Shown: piece by piece, positions 54,574-64,000 of the stretch
Layout of the letters: each line of letters opens with the position of its first letter
Position numbering within the stretch: the stretch's first letter is position 1
NCBI GenBank assembly: GCA_025558095.1
Contig: JAIVFI010000011.1
Span: forward strand, 744,001-808,000
Source of the DNA: Hyaloraphidium curvatum SAG 235-1
Lineage: Eukaryota > Fungi > Monoblepharomycota
Direction of reading: 5' to 3'
DNA length: 64,000 nucleotides
Translations under genes and position numbers: made by a program
The notes under the pieces: generated by a model
Databases searched by the model: none
Told to the model about the DNA's origin: nothing
The model's input: the letters and a program-made list of their open reading frames with translations, nothing else

Positions 54574-56135
54574 ATGGCTGCCACCCAAGAAGGTTCCGGA
54601 GACTTCCCGGCAATGATCTCCTTCTCGGACCGCGAGCTCCTCGCCCTGTTCCCTACTGCTCCTCCTCTTGGAGTCCCGCCGCCGTGGGCCGGACATCGCG
54701 CCGAAGACCCCGCACGGGCCGCCCGTCTGGCGCTGCCGCTGACCCCCAAGGCAATGCTGGAGGCTCTTTCGCCGTCACCGGGCCTGCAACGGATTGCTTC
54801 GTTGGGCATTTCTCTGCGGCCATACGCCAAGTACGCCCTGTTCCACTGGTTCGCGCTGCAGCTCGTCTATTACCCGCTGCTCGCGATATGCTGGGTTTAC
54901 GGCCGGGATTTGTTCGACACGAAGCAACTGGCCATCACGACGGCGGCGCTCGTCTTCCAGTTTGTCGTGAGCGGGCTCATTTTCGGGGTTTCGGGGTTCA
55001 TGATGCGCGATGTCGACCTAATGAAGGCCGGTAAACCGGACGAAGAGGCCAGCGGTGCGCCGGCTGCGGATGTCGTGGATGAGGACATCATGGCGCCTTT
55101 GGCCCGCTGTGGTTCCAGCTGACGTCCGTGGCTGACGGTGCGGGAAGGAGGAAGGGCGCGGACTCGGCGGGAGGGGCCTCGCCTTTGACTTCCCACGTCG
55201 ACGGCGACCCTTACTGCCCCTGCTCGAGCTCCTTGTGCTTGGGGTCGTTGCCCCGCCGGGTCGTTGCCAGCTTCCTCGCTTTCTTTGGCTTCACGGCGGG
55301 AGTCGCCTTTGTTCAGTACACGTTCCTCCAGAACTACTCGGCCCTGGTCACCTTGGCGGACGACACCTGGACCCACGCCTGGAGCGCCCCGTTCTGCGTC
55401 CTGCTGATCGTGATCCATCTTTCCTACTTCCTCCTCGCACAGTTTTCCTTGCTGCGCAACAACTCCGGCCTCCGCAGCGTCAGCCTCGAAACGCGCCTGC
55501 AAGTTCGAGCCTTTCGCCTCGCCCTGGGCTCTCTGGTGGACCGCTTCCACCATGCGGAACAGATCGGAACGGACCTTCCCCCCTCGCACCGCGCGGAGCC
55601 CGCCGACGCCGAGCTCTACGTGGCCCTGTACCGCTCGCTCGCCCCAACGTGGCGGCTCCGCGTCGCCGAGGATTCTCATTTGCAGACCATGACCGTCGGC
55701 CTCTTCTTCAGCACCTGCATCCAGGCCGTCATCTTCGTCGCCGGTGGCTCCTGCTTCCCCGCCTACCTTCTGATGGCTATCGGGTACTACGTCGTGCTGT
55801 GCTTCGTCCAGCTCGCCGGGCTCGCGCGGAGCAACGCCAAGATCGACGCCGTCACCTCCCTCCTGAACCGCACCTGCGCCGAGCTGCGGCTGCTCGTGCT
55901 CCGCCTGGGCCCCGGAGCGGATGCGGCGCTGCGGACCCGCGCGCAGGACAACATCGCCGTGATATCGTCGGCGCTCGAGGGCGGAGAGCTGAGGGCGACG
56001 TTCCTGGGGGCACCCGTGTCGATGGGGCTGATCCGGACGGTGGCGGCGACGCTGCTGACCGTCGCGGTGGGGGTGTTTGGGCTGCTGAGGGGGGCGGGGG
56101 TTTACCTGACGGTGGAGAACGTGTGCTGGGCGTAG
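54574..56135 (+). CDS. 7-TM membrane protein C (frameshift at ~55040-55110)
   Basis: ISFSDRELLALFP; HVDGDPYCPCSSSLCLG; ARSNAKI; LRATFLGAPVSMGLIRTVAATLLTVAVGVFGLLRG. Confidence 0.75.
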
Positions 56136-56194
56136 GAGGAGGAGCAAACGAAACTGTAGAATTGAAGAGCTGTCGAACATCACCCCGACGCACC

Positions 56195-57349
56195 TCAAGT
56201 CTTCGCCGCCTCGGCCACGTACCCATCGTAAGCGGGCACCAGCACCCCCCTCACCCACCCCGCGCTCCCCTCCACCCATCTAAGCTGCTTCCAGTACCCG
56301 TTCCAGCACCCGCACCTGCCCAGCGCCTCGTCCGTGCCGTTCCCGTCCGCCATCCAGCACCGCATGCACCCCTGCGACGGCTTCGGCCCCTGCATGTGGA
56401 CGATCTGCAGCCCCGCGGACGGGGGGGGGGCGCCCCAGTAGGCGTACCAGTGCATCCCGAGGGGGAGCACGTCCCGCAGCCCGAGGCGGGCAAAGGTCTC
56501 CGAGGTGATCTCCTGGTCGAACGCGCCCGGCCAGCCCGTCTTCCGGCCGCGGGCGATGACTTCCCCGCGGTGTGCGGCCAACGCGGTCGAATTGATGAGC
56601 ATGACCCCCGAGGAGAGGAGCCCGCGCCATTCGGGGTGGAGGTACCCGTGCGCCGACGCCCCCATCGCGACCCCCCGCACGGGGCGCGGGTGCGCGCACG
56701 AGGTGACGTCCGAAAAGAAGAGCACGTCGGTGTCGGTGTACAGCACGAGCTCGGGGTGGACGTCCGGCGGCGGCGGGGGGAGCGAGGGGAGGACAAGGGG
56801 GATGTCGAGGCGCAGGAAGGTGCCGTATTCGGATATCCAGGTGGCGGGCTTCACACCGCTCTCGACGGCGTCGACGAGCAGGGGGAGGAAGGAGAGGTTG
56901 TGCCTGACGACGGTGGCCCCCTGGCGCTCGAACCACTTCGGCAGGTCGTCCTCGGCGTCGGCGACGTCCGTGATCAGGTACGGGAGCAGCGACGGCGCGT
57001 GCTTCTTTGCCGAGAGCAGCGCGGCCTTTGCGTGGTCGCCGTACTTTTTCCGCTTCTGTTCCGGGTACGTGTCGGTGCGTGCCGCGTCGAACTGCGGCGT
57101 GCGGCCGGTGCCGACCGTCATGAACCACCGCAGCCGCCGCGGCACGCAGGGAGGGGAATTCGGCAGCGGGTCCGGCGGCGGCTGAGAGGCCTTCAGCAGG
57201 TCCGCGGGCGCCGGGGCCGGCGGCGCGGGCGCGGGGTCGGCCGCGGGGTCCGCCCTTTGCCCCGTCCCGAAGAGCACCGTTGCCGCGAGCCCCGCCAGCA
57301 GCGCCCACCGCAGCGCCCGGAGCCTGGGGCCGGACGCCCACTGCGCCAT
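56195..57349 (-). CDS. Glycosyltransferase family 8-like, membrane-anchored; intronless
   Basis: TFLRLDIP, VLYTDTDVLF (DxD), SGVMLIN, FDQ, IVHMQGPKP. Confidence 0.8.
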   Translation of the reverse strand: MAQWASGPRLRALRWALLAGLAATVLFGTGQRADPAADPAPAPPAPAPADLLKASQPPPDPLPNSPPCVPRRLRWFMTVGTGRTPQFDAARTDTYPEQKRKKYGDHAKAALLSAKKHAPSLLPYLITDVADAEDDLPKWFERQGATVVRHNLSFLPLLVDAVESGVKPATWISEYGTFLRLDIPLVLPSLPPPPPDVHPELVLYTDTDVLFFSDVTSCAHPRPVRGVAMGASAHGYLHPEWRGLLSSGVMLINSTALAAHRGEVIARGRKTGWPGAFDQEITSETFARLGLRDVLPLGMHWYAYWGAPPPSAGLQIVHMQGPKPSQGCMRCWMADGNGTDEALGRCGCWNGYWKQLRWVEGSAGWVRGVLVPAYDGYVAEAAKT

Positions 57350-57962
57350 GCGCGGGGGCGGGAAGGCGGGCGGGAACACGAACGGTGGGAAGGTCAGCTA
57401 CAACGACTCGCCGGCGGGACGTCCGCCCCCGAGGCTCTTGCCCCAAGGATCCCTGGACAATCCAGCGAGAAGCGATGACAGCCAATAGTCCAAGAATCCA
57501 ATAATCCGGATAACAGATTCTAGTCTCGATGGTGCACGACCCGGGGGGCCTGACCGGGGCGGCCCGCATCCCTTGTCGTCCCACCGCCCGGGGCGCCTCG
57601 GCCGCCAGGCAGGAACAGCCGGCAAGATGGACTGACGTGCCATGCTGCAGGACGAATTGTCCTGATCGCTCCGGCGTGGAGTCGCGAGCGGGCAGGGCAG
57701 GGTTCCGGGCCGACTCAGGGATCGCGAATCAGCCTGGCTACTCGCGTCCGATTCAGATGAGCCTCTCTGTTTGCCGGCTGTAAGCTCCCAAAAAGCCCAT
57801 CCCCACTGCGAGATCCGTGGCTTCGGGCGGCCGGTCCTCGCTGCCGGACCCCGTCCTTGCCACCGCCACGGTGGTCACACACAACAGTGTCTCCCCCGAC
57901 GTGTTTCTGCCCCTCGAAACGCGCCTCCTGCACCATCTCCCTTCGGAAGCCGAGTTTTCGAC

Positions 57963-60208
57963 ATGGCGGCGGCCAAAATCGCGGCGGTCGCGGTCGGATC
58001 GGCGGCGGCGGCCGCCCTCGCGGACTGGCACTTTGGCTTCCGCCACGACATGAAGATGGCCCAAGCGTACGCCAAGGGCTTCGAGTACATGCTCGGCCGC
58101 GAGGCAGCGGGCCGGGCGTCGACCGTCGAGCCGTTCGTGGCGACCGCCCGCGGCCCGATGGCGGAAAAGGAGTTTCTCGTGTTCGGCGACTACTCGGCGA
58201 CGTTCGCGCAGGCCGACGCCGAGAGCAACCGGCTGGCGCAGCTGCTCGCCGAGGCCGGCGTGAAACCCGGGGACGTGGTCGGCATCTGTTTCCAGAACAG
58301 CCCGCAGGCCGTGTACGCCCAGCTGGCCGTCATGAAGCTCGGCGCCGCCGTGGCGTGGCTCAACCACAACCTCGTGGGCAACGGGCTGCTGCACACCTTC
58401 AAGCTCGGCAGGTCGAAGCACCTGCTGTTCGAGGACATGGTGGCGGGGTCGATCGCGGACATCGCGAACGGGCTGGACGCGGACACGAAGCTCATGTGCT
58501 ACGGCTTCTCGGTCCTCTCGCCGGTGCCGGCAGCGTTTGCGGGGCGGGAGTTCCAGGCGTTCGACGCCGCGGCGCTGGCTGCGCGGTTCTCGGACGGCTC
58601 GGTGGACCCGGGGATCGAGGTCCGCAAGACGATCCGGCTCAACTCCTTCGCGGGCATCTACTTCACCTCCGGGACCACTGGTGGGCGATCCGTCGCGCCG
58701 ATCCCCACCGGATCTGATCCGCGTTTGTCGTCTCCGCCTGCCAGGCCTGCCCAAGGCCGCCTACCAGATCCACTCCCGCCTCTCGACCTTCCCCTCGGTC
58801 ATCGCCCTCGGCTTCGGGTACTTCACCGCCTCGGACCGCATCTTCTGCCCCCTCCCGCTGTACCACGGCGCCGCCCAGGTCTCGCTCAACATCTGCTGCC
58901 TCGTGGGGGCGACCTACGTATTCACGCGCAGGTTCTCGGCGTCGACGTTCTGGGCCGAGGCGAAGAGGACGCGGGCGACGGCGATGCAGCACATCGGGGA
59001 GGTGGCGCGGTACCTGTACGCCGTCCCGCCGGGGCCGCAGGACAGGGCGCACTCGGTGACCAAGGGGATCGGCGTCGGGCTGAGGCCGGAGCTGTGGTGG
59101 GTTGCGACATCCCTACCGGCCCCGGTCGAGCCTGACGCCCCCCTCCCCCCCCCTCTTCCAGGAAACCGTTCATGGACCGCTTCGGCCTCCGCCAGATGCT
59201 CGAATGGTACGGCGCCTCCGAGGGCGTCGTCGGCATGTTCCACGTGCAGCAGGGCCGGGACGGGATCGGCTGCGTCGGCAGGCTCGGCTACCTCGCGCGG
59301 CGCAACGGCAACGTCCGGATAGTGCGGATCGACCCGGACACCGAGGCCATCGTCCGGGATCCCGGGACGGGGCTGGCGGTGGAGTGCAGGCCGGGGGAGC
59401 CGGGGGAGGCGCTGGGGAGGATCGACCCGCCCGAGATGTCGCCGGTGAAGCACACGAACTTCGACGGGTACTACGGGGACACGGCCGCGACGGTGGGTAC
59501 CGCGCGCGAGCGGGCTATTGGCGCGATCCGACGCCGCGCGCGGCTCTAGGAGAAGAAGATCAGGCGGAACGTGTTCAAGCAGGGCGACGCGTACATGGCC
59601 ATGGGCGACATAATGGTGGGCCGCACGTTGCCTCGCCGTGGCCCCGCCCTCACCCTGCCGATCTCGCAGAGCATCGACCGCCGCGGATGGGTCCGTTTCC
59701 ACGACAGGATCGGGGACACGTTCCGCTGGCGCGGCGAGAACGTCTCGACAACCGACGTCGCCGGCGAGCTCTCCCAGTACTCGGAGGACCTCGTGGACTG
59801 CAACGTGTACGGCGTCGCGGTGCCCGGGCAGGACGGGCGCGCGGGGATGGCGGCGGTGTCCCTGCGGAAGGAGCTCTCGCCGGCGGAGCTGGAGGGGTTC
59901 ATGCGCGGGATGGGGAGGTTCGCGGCGGAGAGGCTGCCGAGCTATGCGGTGCCGCGGTTCGTGAGGGTGGTCAAGGAGATCGAGCTCACGGGTGGGTGTG
60001 GTTGGTGCCTGGCAGCAGGCCCGCAGAGGCTCACGGTGCGCGGTCTGCAGGCACGTTCAAGCAGCGCAAGGTCGAGTACGTCAAGCAGGGCTTCGATCCC
60101 GCCGCCATCCGGGAGCCGATGTTCTGGTTCGACGCGGCGAAGAAGTCCTACGAGCCGTTCGGGCCGGTCGAGCACCGGTCCATCGTGGCCGGCAAGGCCA
60201 AGCTGTGA
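57963..60208 (+). CDS. FAT1: Fatty-acid transport protein / very-long-chain acyl-CoA synthetase, PTS1 AKL; about 5 introns
   Basis: IYFTSGTTGLPKAA, PLPLYH, FSASTFW, IGEVARYL, GLRP, EWYGASEG, FHDRIGDTFRWRGENVST, VYGV.VPG.DGRAGMA, TGTFKQRK. Confidence 0.92.
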
Positions 60209-61883
60209 CGGTGCCGGATACATAGTACACTTTCTCTTCCGCCCGCTCTACCGCCCGCCGCCTCGACAAGGATTCCCGCGAAGGTCGCATGTACCTGGCC
60301 ATCTCCTCCGCGTCCATGTCGAGGCCCGCCTGGCGATCCGGGAGTCCGTGGGGGCATGGTCCACAGCCATCTGATGCGCGGCTGCCTACCGCCGGGTGTG
60401 CTCCTCGAAGCACGGTCACTTTGTCGGTGGGGACGAATGGGAGAAAAACAGAGTAGGGAAAACGTCCTCGCCGCCGATGACAGGGATGTGGCACGTCAGG
60501 GCCCACAACCGGGGGAGGAACCCGATGCGGCGCAGGAGCACGACGTCGTTACTCAGGGACACCGCGAGGCTGCGCACCGCCCCGGCGGACGCCAAACACT
60601 CCGGAGAGGAGGTTGAGCACCGGCACCAAGGCGCCGTGGCGTTCGAGGGCGGCGGCAAGGGACGGAAAGTCTCCCTTCACGGGGCGCAGCCGCCTCATGA
60701 GCACCGGCATGGCCAGGTCACAGAGATCCGCGGGAAGCGAGGTTGGTAACGTGTGCCGGGTCGCCGCCGCGGAGGGCTAGCGGGGGATCGAAGATTTCGC
60801 GGGAGGACAGAGAGGGTTTTCTGGGCGGATAGATGTGTGTGCATCGAAAATGAGTTGCGACGCCAAGCTACCGTTCGCCAGAACTAGGTTCGCCGGACCG
60901 AGGAGTCGGGTCTCGCGCACGGGTCGCCAGCGATGACCCGATGCCAGCAACCGGCCCAGTCGGCCTACCAACCCACCAAACGGCGCGCGGCAACCGATCG
61001 GCCTCCGCGCATCCCGCATCCCGAACGTTCCCGCCGCGGCGGCGATAGTGGCGGGGGCCCGGACCCGCGCCGGCACTGAAAATCGGCGTGCCGGGTGCGG
61101 GGACCGCACTTCTCGCCACGCGCACACCCCCGGGACAGGGTGCGCAGATCGGCCGGTAACACTCGGGGCTTCCTAAAGTTCCATCCCCGGGACGCGGGCC
61201 CTAGCGCCCGATGCCCCGCAGAGTCGCGGGGGGGAGTTCTATCGCGCGGGGCGGGATGCGGCGGCCTGGGCGCGCGGCGGCAGGCGGTCCGGACCGAGGG
61301 CCGAGCAGCCGCCGGCGGCGATCGGCGTCCGACGCGATCGGGGAGGCCGTGGACGGCCGCGGGGGTCGGGAGACGTCGGAATCGGTCGAGGCGTTTCGGA
61401 TCACGCGCATTCTCGCACCCGAGTGCCCCGATGTGCTCTGCCGTGGCATCGGGAAATCGGAAGGCCCGACTGGCTGGATGGCCCACTGTGCGGGGTGGCG
61501 GGCTTCCGAAGCGGACACGGCCGGCTGGCCCTCGATCGGGCCGCACGGCAAACACAACCCCGCAAGCGGCGGCTGCAATGCCATCACACACGATCGATTC
61601 GGTGGCCCATTTTCTGCTCGGCAGCGGGTGGGAAATCGTGTGAGCAAGCGGCGGTAAGCGGCGATCTGGGCCCGAGCGGGCCGCCGGCCGCGTTGCCGCT
61701 CCCGCTTCCTCACTGGAATCTCCGATCCGCGTTCGCCCACGCGCCCCGCCGACAGATCGCGGCCCCGCCGCCCGGGCCCCGACCGGAGGAACCCGCCCGG
61801 CCGTTCCCGACGCGCGGCCCCCGAGGGCGACGCCGGCCACCCCACACCTGACTTATCTGCTGACTGCTGAGGGTCTGCCGGCC

Positions 61884-63056
61884 ATGGGCTCCCCGCCCTC
61901 CCCGCCGTCGCCGCTGGACGACTCGTCGCCGAGCTGGGAGGACCTTGTCGCCGCGCTGGCCGCCGAGCCCGACTGCGAGGCGCGCTTCGCAGAGGGCCGC
62001 GCGCGCCGCAGACGCTACCGCCCGCTCAAGACAATCGGCCGCGGCTCCGAGGGCGTCGTCAAGTGCGCCCTCTCCCTCGACACCGGCCGGCGCGTGGCAA
62101 TGAAGGTGTGCACCAAGCCGCGCGCGCCCGAGGTGTTCCGCTCCGTGGCGCGCACGCCGTCGGCCGAGGAGACCATCGCCGCGCGCGAGCGCATGTCGGG
62201 CGAGCTGCGGCGCAAGTTCGAGGCGCTGAGGGAGCTCGAGCACCCGAACCTGCCGCGCATGCTCGAGTTCTTCGAGACCGAGACAAAGGTGTACACCGTC
62301 AGCGAGCTCTGCGAGGGGGTGAGCAGGCATGCGCGCCAGCCACCGCCGTTGCAGGTATCTGACTCCTCCGCCCGGGTCGTCCAGGACCTCTCGGCCTTCA
62401 TCGCCACCCGCAAGTCCCGCCGCCTCCCCGAGCCCCTCATCCGCTGCATGCTCCTCCCCCTGCTCCGCGCCCTCTCGCACCTGCACGCCCACGGCATCGT
62501 CCACCGCGACCTCAAACCCTCCAACATCCTCCTCCGCTCCTTCTCCGACCCCGCCGACCTGTGCCTCGCGGACTTTGACGGCGCCCACGTCGACTCCCCC
62601 TCCCGCGTCCCCAAACCCATGGAAACCCTCATCGGCACCCCGTTCTACATCGCCCCCGAGCTCGTCCGCGGCTTGCCCTACGGCGCGGAAGTGGACCTCT
62701 ACTCGCTGGGCGTCATCGCGTACGAGCTCGCGGCGGGGGAGACCCCCTTCGCGGACTCGGCGAGCTACGCCTCCCTGTACGGCCGGATCGCCGGGGCCGA
62801 GTGGGAGTTCCCCGCCGGGTGCGGGTCGCCCGAACTCCGCTCCCTCGTGAAGGGGCTGATGCACCCGGACCCCGCGAGGCGGACGCCGTGCCGCGAGGCC
62901 CTGGCGCACCCGTTCTTCGCGGGCCCCGCCGCGGTGCAGAAGAGGCCGGGGCTGGGGGACAGGATGATGTCGGGTACCGCGGTCGTGTGGCGTTCCGAGA
63001 CGGGGGAGCTGTTCCCCGTGGGGAGGTGGGGGGAGGCGGTGCAGGCGGGGAGCTGA
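61884..63056 (+). CDS. CAMK-group kinase 2 (paralog of 32276), DFD instead of DFG; in-frame intron 62319-62384
   Basis: IGRGSEG, VAMK, HRDLKPSNIL, ADFD, GTPFYIAPE; same intron site as kinase 1. Confidence 0.9.
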   Translation: MGSPPSPPSPLDDSSPSWEDLVAALAAEPDCEARFAEGRARRRRYRPLKTIGRGSEGVVKCALSLDTGRRVAMKVCTKPRAPEVFRSVARTPSAEETIAARERMSGELRRKFEALRELEHPNLPRMLEFFETETKVYTVSELCEGVSRHARQPPPLQVSDSSARVVQDLSAFIATRKSRRLPEPLIRCMLLPLLRALSHLHAHGIVHRDLKPSNILLRSFSDPADLCLADFDGAHVDSPSRVPKPMETLIGTPFYIAPELVRGLPYGAEVDLYSLGVIAYELAAGETPFADSASYASLYGRIAGAEWEFPAGCGSPELRSLVKGLMHPDPARRTPCREALAHPFFAGPAAVQKRPGLGDRMMSGTAVVWRSETGELFPVGRWGEAVQAGS

Positions 63057-63481
63057 GCGGGCGGAGGGGCGGGGGGCTGGAGCACGGTGGAGGTGCGGTT
63101 GGACTGTGTCGTGTATCTACGTGCGATTGGATAATCGAGTTCACGCTTCTGAGGACTAGGAAAGACCCGCATCTGGAGCTGCGACTGCTCCCTCCGACCG
63201 AATGCCGGAGGGGCTAGAAGCAGGCACGGAGCACGCTGCGGATCGCGCAAACGAGACCTCGCGTCCGTGATGCCGGCACGGCAGTGCCGAAAGTCCGGGA
63301 GCGGAGCCGAACGAAGAACCTGCCGCCGGACGGAGCCGAACTCCACGACGACCGCATCAAGAGCACCAGGGGCCATCAGAGGCTCTGAATCGGCGCGAGA
63401 GGGTGATCGAATCCCATTCCATGCCGACTGTGTCCGGACACGGCCCTCCGCATCCATCCCGCGGACCGCACCGATCCGCGC

Positions 63482-64000
63482 CTACCCCGTCGCCGGCCTG
63501 GACCCCAACCCCCGCACCCTGCTCCCCCCCGCGCCCTCCCACGGCTCCCTCGCGCGGATCTGGTACGCCGTCGGGCTCGCCTCGCCGCCGCCCCCGCCCA
63601 AGGGCAGGCTGGCGGTGCGGTCGGGGGCGGGGGCCGCCGGCAGGAGGCGGAAGTGCGCCGCCGCCGGGACGGGCTGCGAATAGGGGGGGTGCGAGGGGAG
63701 GGAGGAGTAGAACACGGGCTGGGAGGATTGCTGGTGCAGGTGCGCGTAGGCCGCCAGCGGGTTCGGGGGCGTGGGGGGGTACCGCGGGGGCCCGGGCAGA
63801 CCCCCCACCGGGGCGGGGGCGTCCCTGGACGGCAGGGGACCCGAGAACCCGGGCTGGCCCCTCGCGACCACCTGCGCGGCCTGCAAGCGCATCGCCTGCT
63901 CCGCCAACGCGCGGACGGCGGCATCGGCGCGGGCGGCCTGCGCGGCGTGGAAGGCCTGCTGCGCCTGCAGCGCGCGCAGGGCGGCCCTCGGGTCCGGGGG
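63482..64000 (-). CDS. Partial low-complexity Pro/Ala/Gln-rich protein (5' end outside the window)
   Basis: Open minus frame from the window end to the stop at 63482. Confidence 0.5.
   Translation of the reverse strand, partial: PPDPRAALRALQAQQAFHAAQAARADAAVRALAEQAMRLQAAQVVARGQPGFSGPLPSRDAPAPVGGLPGPPRYPPTPPNPLAAYAHLHQQSSQPVFYSSLPSHPPYSQPVPAAAHFRLLPAAPAPDRTASLPLGGGGGEASPTAYQIRAREPWEGAGGSRVRGLGSRPATG

Noticed and set aside
60230-60720. Possible degraded LRR-like gene on the minus strand
   Set aside because: Only scattered coding-like fragments, too weak to call.
1-64000. rRNA, tRNA or other ncRNA genes; bacterial contig origin
   Set aside because: No RNA genes were recognised by eye. Spliceosomal introns and a Copia element show the window is eukaryotic.

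Overview
This is GC-rich eukaryotic DNA with short (~50-70 nt) GT-AG introns. Gene content suggests an early-diverging fungus (chytrid/Monoblepharidomycete-like, e.g. Hyaloraphidium; inference only). It holds about 35 genes or gene remnants. Ordinary metabolic genes include a peroxisomal thioesterase, an MDR oxidoreductase, an SSADH, a VOC/glyoxalase protein, an amino-acid permease, a nitrate reductase-like enzyme, three SDRs, a DsbA/FrnE protein, GT8 and PLOD-type glycosyltransferases, a FATP and two CAMK-type kinases. Four accessory signals stand out. (1) An expanded, intronless F-box/LRR-like family has about 9 copies or remnants, and all three full-length 7-TM genes resembling gustatory-receptor-like channels (7TMIC) sit head-to-head with one of them, suggesting a repeated two-gene module. 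(2) An intronless bacterial-type EVE/PUA + HNH gene resembles a modification-dependent restriction endonuclease. (3) A young Ty1/Copia element has identical LTRs whose outer ends are both clipped and replaced by copies of a 33-36 bp target sequence, implying non-canonical integration. (4) Other probable bacterial acquisitions are a DUF3597 fusion and an actinobacterial-like SSADH. Many genes carry single-base frameshifts in homopolymer runs, probably assembly errors, so pseudogene calls are uncertain. All family assignments come from motif recognition by eye, not database searches.
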